Shown here piece by piece: positions 13,390-27,827 of a stretch of DNA of 64,000 nucleotides. Below the pieces are notes generated by a model. The model saw nothing but the letters and a program-made list of their open reading frames with translations, did not search any database and was not told the origin of the DNA. The translations under genes and the position numbers were made by a program. Location: assembly GCA_012295275.1 (NCBI GenBank), contig CM022673.1:26908001-26972000 (forward strand), read 5' to 3'. Source of the stretch: Chrysomallon squamiferum. Lineage: Eukaryota; Animalia; Mollusca. Each line of letters opens with the position of its first letter. Positions within the stretch are counted from its first letter, which is position 1.

Positions 13390-16329
13390 TGGACTGCAGA
13401 CATCTAGTAATCCTTTTTGCCATTAATTTTTGAATTAACATGTACATAAAGTGTAATGTCCACAGAAAATACTTTTCACATTAAAGAACATCTTGTGATT
13501 TTAAAAACAGTGTAGTGGACTGGTTTGGTTTGAGCGTTGTACCATTTTTTTTAAAATATGAAAGTATCATGTGAAGTGAATTAGTGGGCTTATTTAATAT
13601 AGGTTGAAAAAGCATCAATCATATATATTTTTTTTTTTTTTAAACAGTAGGGCTTATTCCTGGTGAATTGTAAGACCTTTTGAAATGTGAATGACATTGT
13701 AATATACTTTTACAGTAAGATAAAAAAAAAATAGAAAAGAAAAAAAAACAAATGATAAAAATAAACAGATTTTAAATTTGTTTTCTTTGTCTTATTTGTT
13801 TTGTATTGGGAGAGTAATTTTCAGTATTGTTTGTTGGACAAGGTGTTTTAACACACTGTGCACAACATAAACACAATGTTTAACTTCCATGCAATGAAAA
13901 TTAATTTTTACATATACTAGGAAGTGCTTAATATTGCATTTCCCTTTATATTTTGTCACAGTTATGTTAATTATAACTTTGTATCATTAATAGAGCAATT
14001 GAAAAACAATACACTAATTTTTTAGAAAAGTGATTCTGGATTAACATGCTAAATAGCATTTATAAATGAAGCTGTGAACATTCTGTTTTGTGGATAATCA
14101 TCTGGTGTTCACACCAGTTGATACAATATATGTTAATATGTAATAAAATCACATTACCTTTAGTAAATATATTGGACCCCTTCATGCTTAAATCTCTTGC
14201 AAAAAACGGATATAAGAAGCTGACATCTGCAAATAAACATTTGGTTACTTAGTGGTTAGTTAAGTACTGCTTGCAAAATGTTAATTTAAATGGCACAATT
14301 TAATAACATTATTTTCAACTTGGATTCAAAATTTATCATGGTCTACATGAGTGGGATAAGTAAATTAAGGCATTAAATGGTAAGATTTCATTTTGCAAAC
14401 AGTGAATGACATTTGAGAATTTAATATTTTCTATCAGTTACAGTAGAATAGTTTACTCAACTTTCTCGGTCTGTTTTTATCTAAATAATGTAATCTGATT
14501 TAAAAAAAACAAAAAACCATAAAGGGTTCACTATTTCTTTTGGAATTGACAGTATGAACCTATTTAATAGGTTGTTACTTTTATTTTTGGAGCCAAAATG
14601 TGACAAATGAGCCACACTTTTGATCTAATTAATTTTCACACTCCACAATGACAAAACATATAACTGGTAGCTGGCTGCAGCTCATTGATTATAATATGGG
14701 GCTAAGGTTGATGGATTGCAGTAACCAGTCTCCACAGCCCTTTCACACTGCCTTTTCAAAATAGATGGTGATAAAAAAAAAAAAAAAAACAGAATACAAA
14801 AAAGTCATGGATGCTGCCTTGCAGATAAAAAAAAATGCTGATTAAGCTCAAATATCAGGAGAGCTCATGCTTAATATTACAGATCAAAATTAGTTTATTA
14901 TTTCATTTATCAAATATAAACACTGATTATCATTTGTCAAATACTGTCCAAAATACTCGAAATTAATTAATTTTAGATTACTTCGTAGCATGATATACAT
15001 TTTAATACAGCATGTTGTAAGTTGCTATGATTTCAGTTAGCATGATACAACTCCATGACTCGTATTTTTATATACCATGAAAAGGAAAAAATACATTATA
15101 ACCTTTGATAAATGAGTGAGGACAACTGATAAAAAAATAACATCACACAATCCTATATTCAAACCTTATCAATGAGCTACAATCATTTGACTAATAAATG
15201 ACAAAGAGTAAAGCTGTCTCATAACTATTACAGTTACTGCTAATGGCTTGTAATTAAACAAATGTTAAACAACACTATGACAACTCTATTCATGAAGCAT
15301 TCCAGCTGTAAAATTATTAGAACTTAAAGTATTATTATGGAACTTATACTGTATATTGCATGATAATTATCAGTTTAATCATTTAATTTTGACAGATGTT
15401 AACTCTTGGTTTTGCTATGTTCCATTTAGCAATATGATAATTTAATTTTGCTCTGTGAAGATTTATTTTCTTTTTTGGATAAATGAATGGATGCATTAAA
15501 ATTAAAAAGTACTTACATAACATTATCTTCATATTTCACATGAAACTGACACTAGTAATTCGCAATGCTGAATTCAATTTGAACAAGATTAACAGAAACA
15601 GATACACTGAATTATTAGTTCCTTTTTCCGAAGTACTGAATTTATTATCTCCAGTACTATCCATTTTAACATGTCATAAGTACTAACATTTTCGATCAGG
15701 CAGAGGTAGTTTTTTTCTTGTTTTTTTTTGTTTTTTGTTTTGTTTTTGTTCTTCATGTAACAGTTCACTATAATTTATCCTAACTTAAATTATAAATAAA
15801 TAAATAATAAAAACAAATACATGGGTTGGTCATGTTAGATCTAAAATATGTTTCTCAAATAATAATGATATATATATATAAAATTGGTCCTTTTGTTTAC
15901 AGTCGTTTGCTTCAGACGAGAAAGAGAAAGAAAGAATGAAAATGTTTGATTTATCAAAAAATAAATACATAAATAAATTTAGTTGACCGATATGTTTAAA
16001 AGCCTTGCGTCATCTTTGTAGTTACTGTCAATCGTAACTGGTAGACGTGCTACTACCGGCACAGCGTTCTTTCAATTTCATCATACTTCTTGATATTCAT
16101 TATTGAAGCCGGTGCTTCCAAAGGTACAGGTCCAAAAGTAAAATAGGTAATACAGTAATCACTCTGTCAGTCTTTTTATGTTGTTTTAAATATACTTTTT
16201 AACAGTTTATAACATAACAATGGTTGGTATCGTTCAAAAAAACCAACAATCGGTTAAATGTAAAATTTAGCTGAAAATAATATTATTCGAGTATTTCACC
16301 AATCTTTAAACCTCTTTATCAACAATGAA

Positions 16330-16446
16330 CAGTTCCCGTGACCTCTAAGTGACGTCACGAACTGTAGTAACTGCAGCCATAATTTTCATCAGACGATAAA
16401 CACGTTTCCACAGTAATCGTGGTCGGTCGTGTAAGCAGTCACTGTT
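16330..16446 (+). promoter_or_regulatory. Cytochrome c copy 2 promoter and non-coding exon 1
   Basis: TGACCT, CRE TGACGTCA at 16350-16357, GCCAT, shared CGTGGTCGGTCGTG; donors GTAAGC 16431 or GTAAGT 16447. Confidence 0.6.
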
Positions 16447-17830
16447 GTAAGTTACTTTATAAATTTTTCTTTTCTTTTTCATTTTGTTTTGTATTGAATT
16501 TTTTAACGTCAGTTAATTTTAATCATTAATCAGAATAGATTAGTATAAATAAATACGTAAATAAATGACTAAAATAGTTTTGTAAAAACGATCAGCGCAC
16601 GTTTATCAATATCTTTTCCGAAATTATTTACATCTTACACATTGAACAAAATTTAATGGATTCAGCATTGTCATTCACATTCAGTTGAATGGTTTCTTCT
16701 CTTTTTTTTTGTTCTCTTCTCTCTCTCTTTTTTTAATTCGTAATAATAAGCTGACAGATTTTGCAACATCCAAAAAAAAAAAAAATAATAATAATAATAA
16801 TAATAATCATAAAACGTTTCATTTCGTTAAAGAATTATTATGACTATATTTACAAAATTACCTATGGGTCCTTTTGTTTTAACTGGTATTATCAGTCCAT
16901 AAATCCTTTAATACTTTATGTATTTTTCACAATATAGTGAATATTGTCTTCCACTGAAATTGTTTACCTGTCGTCTGCTGACAATTAAGGGGCCGCAACT
17001 CTAATATAAATGTCACGTTCGGCTAAATGAAGAATCGCGTTAAATTTTGTTTACCGTTTCTCCTTATTCATTTTTTAATACTTATTCCTTAATTATTAGA
17101 TTCATAACCAGTTTATTTTTAATATCATTTTAAAGCAACTGGCTTTCAATTAAAACAAACAAAAAATTACATTCCATTGTCTGTTTTATATATTTACATG
17201 ATACTAGGCCTACATAGTCCTAAATTCTGCATTATTTTGTAATGGTTATGATTAAAAAATGTATATATATGTTAATTAGAATATAAATTTTAAGCAAAAT
17301 TTTTATACATTTAAACATATTAAAAATGTTATTTCTCTGCTAATGATTATTGTATTATTATTTTATCAGATCTGTTATCAGCTCTGAAACCTTAAAATAA
17401 ATAAAGAACTATTTTTAAAAATTAAAAAGCATTTGTTATATATTAGAAGAACAAAATGAAAGGAACTTATATAACAAGTTCTTTTTATTTTATTTCCATT
17501 TTACTATATGTTTTTTTTGTTTTTTTTGTTTTTTTTTGTTTTTAGGAACCTTGATCTTTCATTTTATTATAAAGTATAATATGGATACTAAAATTAAAAT
17601 CATAAACTTTCTGATTTTATTAATAAAAAGTAATTAATTTGGTTACTGGAGATTACATTTAATTCTGTTAATGCAAATTAAAACAATAATTAAACAAATC
17701 TAATACAGAAGGCGAAATTTGGTTTTCTGAATACAGATTCTGTTACCAATGGGTTACATTGACATTTAATTAATTTTCTGAATATTAATTATGAAAATAA
17801 TTTATAAACTTCGTTACAGAGTTGGACAAA

Positions 17831-18038
17831 ATGACAGATATCCCAGCAGGTGATTTTGAAAAGGGTAAAAAAATCTTTATTCTCCGATGTGTTCACTGTC
17901 ACACTGTGGAGAAAGGAGAAAACACAAACAAGGACCATGTCTGAATGGCTTCATAGGAAGGAAGACTGGACAAGCACCAGGATTTCCTTACACAGATGCA
18001 AATAAAAACAAAGGTAATGCATTAATCAAGTAATGTCA

Positions 18039-18072
<34 letters not shown>

Positions 18073-18553
18073 ATAATAATAATAATAGAAAAATAACAAA
18101 TTGTAGCATAATAAGTTCTTATGTAGATGTATCACAAACAAAAATAGTTTTATCTGGAAGGGTCTGAATTGTTTATGGTCAGTGAATAATCAGGAATAAA
18201 TATAAACAGTGTAAAAGTGCATGCCATTTTATTATTAAGGAAAATTTACTGCTAATTTAATATAAATTAAATTACTCCTTGGTTTTTATGTTTATGCATT
18301 ATAATGAAATAATATAAAAAAATAGTTTATGTTTGTGTGAAATAAAAGAGATGATGATTCAGTCTATTACATCAGTGGGCAAAGGGATGATAAAAACAAC
18401 ACTAGGGTCAGTCTTTGATCCCATTACAGCTGACTTGTCAAAATCTGTGATGTTTTTTTCATGTCTTGTCTTGGGTCAAATAAATATTTATTGTTGCTGA
18501 AAAAACAAATAACTAAATAAAATTAAAAAGAAATAAAAGAATAACTAACTATC

Positions 18554-18584
<31 letters not shown>

Positions 18585-19030
18585 ATAGTTGCATGCAGGA
18601 AACAGGTTTCTCTCATCTGAACAGTCCATTGTTGTCTGAATTTTGGAATCATGTATCAAATGTGTTAATGAGAACAGTTAAGTAAAAAAAATTGTCCTTT
18701 TTTCTTTATTGGTCAAATATGTGTTAATAAAGTTTTTTTTTTTTTTTCATTTATTTATTATTCTTTTTTATTGAAGATATATGGGCTGTTTCATCATGTT
18801 TAAATTAACATGGTAGATGAAGAAATACTGGTTACATGTAAATAAGGTCGTTAACTCCTCAAAGTGTTGTAGTAATTTCTAACCTAGATTAGGCACAAAA
18901 AGAAAAAGAGTACAGATATGTTATATTTACAACCTACCATCTTAAATATAAAAAATCGGTTTTTGTTTTCACATAAAACAAAGTGTACACAAAAGTGTGT
19001 ATATATATTTATTTTAAATTTTATAAGTAG

Positions 19031-19062
<32 letters not shown>

Positions 19063-19376
19063 TTCCTTAAAAATAAACTATTTGGGTTCTTTTTATGGTT
19101 TATTCCCATGGATGTAGACTACAAAATAGTTGGAACATAACTAAGATTGTTGGAATAATCTTTATTGTTTTGTTGCTTAATATAAATTCATAAGCATGTT
19201 AAATTTTATCTTTTTCTTTGTTTATTTCAGGAATTACATGGAGCAAAGAAACACTGTGGGTTTACCTAGAAAACCCTAAGAAATACATCCCAGGCACAAG
19301 CATGATTTTTGCTGGCTTAAAGAAATCACAGGACAGAGCAAATCTGATTGCTTATCTTGAGGAAGCCACGAAATAG
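17831..19376 (+). CDS. CYCS: Cytochrome c paralogue 2, join(17831..18013,19231..19376); 1-nt deletion near 17918-17922 (assembly error or young pseudogene)
   Basis: [29 protein letters not shown]/x/[79 protein letters not shown]; first coding exon 183 nt vs 184 nt in copy 1, giving TGA at 17942 as written; second exon 146 nt, intact. Confidence 0.9.
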
Positions 19377-21413
19377 TCGACTGAACATTGTCTGTGAATA
19401 ATTAGTGATCCTCATTGTTTTTAAGTTTTTAAAGTTAATATATACTTAATTAAAGTATCTTTGTGACTTCATTTTATAGAGACACATCTTATACAAAAAC
19501 ATTGTGGATGTTCCTTTTAACAGCAGGTTTTTTGATGTTTTTCTTACTCATTTAGTGCGTGCAAGCATACTGTAAACTGATTTAGATGGCTTATTAAAAC
19601 ATGTTGACAAATTTATGCATTTTTTATTTATTTTATTCTTTTCATAAATGACTGTACCAGGTGAATTGTGAATTATTCAGTCTTTTGAAATACATTATAT
19701 ATTTTTAAAAAACTAATAAAAATAAAACTGTAAATAGTGTTTTTGTTTTTCTTTACTATACAGAATAATTCAGAAGTGACTAATCAGAAATATTAAAAAC
19801 ATTAAAAAGTTTCTTCATTTTAGAAAGAAGGATCTTAAAAATGTATCTTAAAACTTGTGTACAAATGGTCATCATGCACAATAGAAATTAATGAAACATT
19901 TCCCAATAATTTTCTTGTAATGTTGAATCTTTTTTTTTTTCAGTAATAAAGTATATAACAAGATTATTTCTGAATGCTGTCATTTTTACTTTGTTATGAT
20001 ATCAGTTTTACTTTTAGTAAAAGTCTTACTGTCACATAATTTATTTATTTATTTATTTATTTTACAAAGAAATTGAGTAAATCACTGTGACATTGCTGAA
20101 TCTTCAGTCTGCCCATGGTTTTTTAATTTTTACATGATAACAATCATGAAGAAAAAGAAAATGATGTCTGCTCCATACTTAGAAGATTTTTATTTTATTG
20201 TCACATTTTTTTTTATCACCAAATATTCTTTAATTAAAATAATTTTATTTAAGAATACTTGGAATAAAATGCATATAGACAGTTTGATGGAAGCTATAGT
20301 CTTTTTCATCTTTCTCTTTTGATTACATTATTTAAATTATTACAATTAAGACTTCATTAAAAAAAAATAACTTAAAAGTTATCCAGACATCAGTTTTGTA
20401 TAAGAAATATAAATAAAAAAATATTTGTGGATTTTTAAGCAAACAAACATTTAAAGTAACTCTATAGGTAGAGTGCACTGTATCATTTATTATTACTATG
20501 TTCATTCATTAAAAATATATTTTTTAAAACATAAAATTGATAGTAAAAACAATGCATGGAATGTATTTTGTTATTTCAAGCATAATGAAGACCAACTTTC
20601 TTATGAGCTACTTTATTTTTAGGAAATGATTATGTTCACTATCCTTTTCTAAATACTTACAGAAATTTCTTCACATATTCCCAAAATTTTGTATTTATTT
20701 TTAATATAATGTTCCTGACAAGAATTCATTTACATATTAAACCTGACTCAGTCTGAAATAACGTTTTAGCATCACTTTTAATTCAATTTATATACTCATA
20801 ATAATTTCTTTTAATTACATCTTATGCATCATTTCATGCAATATTCTTGTTATCAAATTATTCTGTGTTAGATTAGTCGTTTTTGTATTTTTAAAGTTCA
20901 GTTGGATATTTTATACAGAGATAAAAAAAAAATAATAAAAGAAGCTTATAATAAAAGGGGAGATTATTACTGTTTGCTTCCCATGCATAAAGTAGAGTGA
21001 GCAAAATGAAAAGACAGCATGAGCCTGCGAATGATTTGTTTGAACTAAACTGGACTGAGCTGAACTAGAATGAACGAAATAAAAAGTAATAAAATGGACA
21101 TAAAAAAAAAAAAAAAAAAAAAATGAAACTTGGTTGTTTTATGATTTATTTCTTTGATATCTGATATTTGATTTTTTTAATTGGCACCAGGCTATTTCCA
21201 ACAGATGTGTTGAAATTAAAATAAAATTAGAAAATTCAGAAATTCTTTTTCTTTTTTCTTTTATTAATTTTTTTTATTATTATTTTTTTTTAAATGGAAT
21301 AGGATCATTATTTTATTTTTCAGATTACTGCTGTATAAAGATTTTTCCAAAAATAAAAAATTAATAATTTTTATTTTTATTTTCAGATAAAAGGCTGTGC
21401 ATAAATCATCATA

Positions 21414-21468
<55 letters not shown>

Positions 21469-22532
21469 AGCGCATACATAAAAATAGGTATACATTTTTA
21501 AGATCAGTTCTGTTTAAAAAATGTTAGTCATTCTTTTTATTTTAATTTAATTTTTTAAAAAAAAAAAAAAACCTGCTGATTTAAATATTAGTTCTTTATT
21601 TTTTTTTCTGTTACTTTTGTACAATTTATACCGCTTTTTCAGGATCTTTTCCTCAAACTCTTTGATAAATCAGTTTCAAAGGCGATACTGCGTAAAAATT
21701 TTTAAAAACAAAACAAAATCTTTAGAATTACAGTTCAGGTATTAAACGTGTATAATATATATATATATATATAAATTAATACGTCTGTTTATCACTTTTA
21801 TTTTAGCCACCATGTTTCAGTATGACCCTGATTTGTAGATACATTACACTAAAGAATAACTGATGATGAAAGAAAGAATAATTTAATGGATGTACTTACA
21901 ATACAGCGTGCTTTTTGCATGCATAGATTAACTAATATTACGAGAGATAAAACTTTCTAATGCTGCTTTTATCAGTTAATATAAAAAATTTATTTTTTAT
22001 TTGTATCTGCCCATAGACAAGAAATAACAAAGAACAACTTTTATCATTCTTCCCATTGGAACTGGCTGGAACTTGAGAATGCATAATGGACATTACGAAG
22101 AATCGATCCTGTGACATGTATACTTTAATTTGTTTTCTAAAGGCCTTGATTGCGCGAGACATAGTGAAATTACTGGTTTCCATCAGTTCAGCTTCCGAAT
22201 ACGAATCCTAAATGGAGACGCATACAGAAACAGTTCATAACAGTTAGCTCTTCAAAATAACAGTAGCCTTGTTTGTAATCAAAACCAAAATTTTTTGTTT
22301 TTTTTCGCTTGGTGCTGTCTGTACAATTATGAGCACATTTGGTTTACTTTACAGTAATTTATTATTATTATTATTTTTTTTTTTTTTTTTTGAGGTGCAA
22401 GTCCTTTTTAATTAGAAAATCACTAAATGGATATCCAAGCTCTTTGATAGTGAAGAGTTCAGTAAGTGATGCTACTTACATAAATTAAAAGATTTTACGA
22501 TCAGAAATACTCATATCACGGGTCTTAGATTT

Positions 22533-22611
<79 letters not shown>

Positions 22612-22654
22612 GGGAGGGAGGGAGAAAAGACAAGAGAGACTCAATGAATTAAAA

Positions 22655-22823
22655 TGGTTATTAACAAAATCCATAATAAATATTAACAGAGAGAGAGTAA
22701 TATGTATATCTGTCAGAGAGAGAGAGAGAGGAGTGTTTCTGAGAGGCTAAAATACAAGACTACTGGTTATTAACAAAATCCATAATAAATATTAACATAC
22801 CCAGGTAATATGTATATCTGTCA
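22655..22823. repeat. Local direct duplication (~60 bp x2)
   Basis: TGGTTATTAACAAAATCCATAATAAATATTAACA...GTAATATGTATATCTGTCA at 22655 and 22764. Confidence 0.8.
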
Positions 22824-22884
22824 ATGCGTATTTGGGGTGTGTTTGTAAATACATACATACATAGAACTATATATATATATTATG

Positions 22885-23386
22885 TAGTGTGTGTATGTAG
22901 TATGTATCTGTATGTATGTGTGTCTGTGTGTGTGTGTATGTCTGTGTGTATATATGTGTGTGTCTCTGTGAATGTGTGTGTATGTATGTGTGTGTGTGTG
23001 TGTGTGTATGTATGTGTATGTGTGTGTGTGTGTGTGTGTGTGTCTGTGTGTGTCTGTGTGTCTCTGTGAATGTGTGTGTACCTGTGTGTGTATCTGTGTG
23101 TGTATCTGTGTGTCTCTGTGAATGTGTGTGTATGTATGTGTGTGTGCCTGTGTGTGTGTGTGTGTGTATGTTTGTATGTGTGTGTGTCTGTGTATGTATG
23201 TGTGTGTGTGTGTGTTTGTGTTTGTATGTGTCTGTGTGTATGTTTGTGTTTGTATGTGTCTGTGTGTATGTGTTTGTGTATGTGTGTCTCTGTGAATGTG
23301 TGTGGATGTATGTGTGTGTGTCTGTGTGTATGTATGTTTCTGTGTGTGTGTGTGTGTTTGTGTGTGTGTGTCTGTGTGTGTGTGTG
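22885..23386. repeat. Degenerate (TG)n-based low-complexity array with recurring TCTCTGTGAATG unit
   Basis: About 500 bp of TG/TATG/TCTG repeats; source of the spurious HT/CV ORFs. Confidence 0.9.
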
Positions 23387-23864
23387 ACTATACACAAAAT
23401 GCAGCACTACTACTGCGAACTGAAGTGAGTCACTTGATGAGATGTCTGTCAGTGAAAACGAACGCCGAGTTGAACAGGTGTTTTTGTACACCGCTGTAGA
23501 TAGACGTTTCCCTTCACGCCTCTATCCTTAATTTCTGTCACTTCAAAGGGAAAACTTCGTTTTGAAAATATCTTAAAATGTAGCTAATGGACGTTCCCGA
23601 GGTTAGCAAGCACAAATGAAGCAAATAAACACAAATGACTTTCCCATCAAGAGAAACCCATCGCTGTCTGGAACAGAAGAAAAATCGATTTCGCTATCCA
23701 ATAATTGACACCTCTGTGATTAGGCCGCAGAAGACGCCCTAGCAGACGAAATGTTTAATTATGGCGCTCGAGCAAGCACCTGGTGCCAGACGTAGAAATC
23801 AAGGAAAGAAATAATGTAATTGTTTGACGTCGTCCTAACTGGATGTGAGAGATTTTTTAATTTT

Positions 23865-23901
<37 letters not shown>

Positions 23902-24006
23902 AAACACAAATTAAAATCGAAAATGTCAAAAACATTATTAACAGAGTGAGAAAAGTTGTTAGTGTTAACATTCATTCTTGCGTGAAACAGTTTTTATTTA
24001 TTTTTG

Positions 24007-24104
<98 letters not shown>

Positions 24105-24284
24105 AAAAAACAAAACAAAAAAACAACAACACAACAACTAATAACTTAATTTTCTCCTTGGGTGAACCAGTTTTTCACAAAGCATTCAATAAATGTTATT
24201 TGATTCCTGGTTTTTTTTTTTCTTTCTTTCTTTTTGTCGAGATTTCTAGAAAACTTAATCAGGATAAATTACTTCTAAGACATC

Positions 24285-24324
<40 letters not shown>

Positions 24325-24898
24325 TTTTTTTTTTTTTTTTTTTTTATTATTATTATTATTTATATTGCTGCTGCTGTTGTTGTTGTTGTTGTTAAAGCAC
24401 TCAAATTCTAGAACAGCTATATCTAGAAATTAAATTACTGAGAAGCGTACAATAAATCTATTTTGTCAAAAATTCAACAGAAAACTTATTTTTCAGTCTA
24501 AATTATATCCAGCTGACACACAGTAATCGGAAATGCAAGAGTCTATGAATTTTTGCTATAACAGCAACCAGACCTTTTGTAGAATAACATTTTATAAAAA
24601 GTAATCAGCAACAAGAATATTAAAATATTAGAATTTGTTGCATCTTTAAACTTTGTTTTACACTAAAACACCAAACGTCTCTTATATATATATATATATA
24701 TATCCATTGATAACGAAAATTCTTTCCTTATTTTTTTTAAGGTTCAGTAAAACAATAAGTCCTTTGCTTCGAGTAAACATGGAGCCAATACAACAACTTC
24801 AGTTATATTAAAATTTACAAAATGTGAAACATATTAAAGATTTCGCCATATTTCAAGTTGAAATCAGAAGTTAAACATCTTTAAATCTAACTAGATAT

Positions 24899-24934
<36 letters not shown>

Positions 24935-25559
24935 ACGAACAGAACTTTCGTTACAACCTTATTTAAAGCGTTATATATGGGTTTTTTGCCTGTTTTGTTT
25001 GTTAAACTTCCGTCTACAGTGTTAAATTTCAGGACTGTCATTACAGATATTAATGCGGATAATACAGTTTAAGTCAACGTGAGAGTGATTTATAGGAGGC
25101 TGTCTGTATGTCTGATGGTCTGATTGGTGAATATTGAGTTACAACAGCCAACCGATGATTTATTAGACCGGAATTTTAGAGTAATCCTGTCAAGCAATCA
25201 CCAGCCAACATTTACTTATATCTAAAATTACACGTATTTCTTATCCTTTTTCCGCAACATTTTTTTATTTTTTTTTTTTTTTTTTTTTTTTTTTGAATCA
25301 CCGTGAAACGTTCTTTCCGACCTATGAGTAGGTATACATGCAAAATACCGTTTACTGCTAATCCATATTTTATTTTGTTTTATACGACAAAGTGAGACTT
25401 GAGATAATCTCCATCACGTGACCTGTACGGAAACGTCTGATGAAATGAGAAACTGTCTCCATGACAAGCGTCCTTGAACAGTTCTCTGATGGAAAATGCT
25501 AAAAATAACAAAAATCGATAAACTAGACTCTTTTTGAAATGAGGCTAAAACACTTAATC

Positions 25560-25700
25560 GCCGAGCGGAGCGGGGGGGGGGCAAAATTAATTAGGGCGAG
25601 GGGACTGGGGACCGAAAAAGACCCCCCCCAGAAGCTCCGACGTGAAAGACGCAAAATCTTCGATTCTAGCCACTTATATTTTATATATTTTTATAATAAA

Positions 25701-25736
<36 letters not shown>

Positions 25737-25795
25737 CGTCAATTTCGGTTTGAGGCATTTGCCTCATTTGCCTCAGTGCAGTTGCCACCATGCAT
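25560..25795. mobile_element. Probable non-autonomous DNA transposon remnant
   Basis: GC-rich patch with G/C runs and the palindromic TGAGGCATTTGCCTCA(TTTGCCTCA) near its end; family not identifiable. Confidence 0.3.
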
Positions 25796-26534
25796 GACCC
25801 AGCAATGTTTATAATGGAAACGGTAGAAACGCAGTTCATAATCAATTTTAATAATCTTTATAAATTCATAATATAATTGTTGTTGTTGTTACTAGTACTA
25901 TTTATTTATTTATTTAATTAATTTTATTTAATTTAATTTTATTTTATTTATTATTAAGCCGTTGTTATTCATTTTGTTTTTTTTTCTCTTTTTTAGGATC
26001 TCAGGTTCTCACTTTTACTTAAGCGTCATCTAGTGCGATTTTGTTAGTAATTCATTAGTAATCTCGGGAACAATTTTATATTTATTGATAAAATGATGCG
26101 TTAAACTCAGCTACTATTTCAAATGACTTCTATCAAAATTTTCCTTGGTTAAATGATTTTGGTTTTTTTTTTTTTTTTTTTTTTTCGGAACTAATTGGCC
26201 AGACTGTTTCGTACACTATAATAAATTAATATTACACAAGTCAGCAGAACAACATCCAAATACTTTATCGGGTCTTGTGTTGAAAGTTATTAATAGGACT
26301 CTAACATAAACAAAACCGCGCCTTAGAGGTAACTCTGTAAAAAAAAAAAAAACTCCAGTGTTGAATAAAAAAAAAAAAAAAAAAAATAGAAATAGAGAAT
26401 AAGAAGAAAAAAAAAAAAAAAAAAAATAGAAATAAAAGAAGAAAAAAAAGAATTTTTTCAGAACTTTTATAAAGTCAATTTTAAAAAAAAAAAAAAATGA
26501 TAGAAATAGAGATTAAATAAATAAAAAATAAATA

Positions 26535-26565
<31 letters not shown>

Positions 26566-27349
26566 ATAAATAAAATAAAAAGCGTTTTTAAAAAAATTTA
26601 AACAAAAAATAAATATCGTATTCTTGATAAAAAAAAAAAAAACAAAACATTAAAAAAAAGCAGTAAATAAGGAACAATAAAATGACTGTATCGTGTAAAA
26701 TCTAAAAGTACGATTAGAAGAATTTCGAGCGACCAAAACCTATAGCCAAAGCGTCTATTTATATCTACCTTAACAGCAAAAACACACAATCAAAATTTTA
26801 AAAAAAAGATTAACGATTAATTATATCTCCTTTAACTAACAACATGACACATTCTTGGCTAAGAATTATCGTAAAAATTTTCACATGTAAATTATTATGT
26901 AATATTCCTATGTATGTACGTACGTATATATATATATTAAAAAAATCTTCATTTTTAAATATCTTTCATTGTTAACTACTTACATAGAAGACTGAAAGTA
27001 TACATTATTTTTTAAGTGTTGAAAAGGAATATAGAATAGATTCGAGAATACGATATTTATTATGTTCAGTGATTATAAAAGTGTAGACAACATCTTGGCC
27101 CCAAAATACTCTAAATCAGTGAATACTTTGATTTTTTTTTTTTTTTTCAGTACTTACAAATAGTCCTTAACTATAATATCTTTGGTTGTAAATACATTGA
27201 CAACATCCCATGTAGAAGCTCAGTTCCAGGACTTTACAGACTTTGTCTCCTTCCAACCCAGCTGTTACTTGCCGAAACCTATCTGGCGATCCGCTTTAAT
27301 GATTACTGAAAAATGCTTAAATGCCAAGTCACTTAACGCACTATAAGAC

Positions 27350-27424
<75 letters not shown>

Positions 27425-27773
27425 TTTAATACGTAATCAAAAATGAGGAGAGAAAGCGACCTCTAGCGATCCTGATAAATTACGTCACAGTCAGTTCATT
27501 ATAGAGAGTGTTATTTGTTTTGAATCTTTCAAATGTTGTTTTCGTGGTCTTACGACTCATAGAGGCACCTGCCCTGCAAATTCCGGCAAAAAGAGGAAAC
27601 TGATATTTGTGTTTTTATATCTGTGTAAAATCTCTGACAACTCAACTCGACTTAACCAAAAACGTCTGACTGTGGCCATATTTGCTTATACAAATTATTC
27701 CAGCTTTGTTCTTCCTTACGTCACGTGACACTCACATGTCATACGACTCGTCGTCCACAGTAGAGGTACTTGA

Positions 27774-27827
<54 letters not shown>

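Noticed and set aside
21938-22183. Minus-strand 81-aa ORF
   Set aside because: No recognisable motif or splice partners.
22824-23499. Cys/Val-rich and His/Thr-rich ORFs that could look like metal-binding proteins
   Set aside because: Translation of (TG)n repeats; no signal exon or paralogous structure, unlike the true poly-Cys genes.
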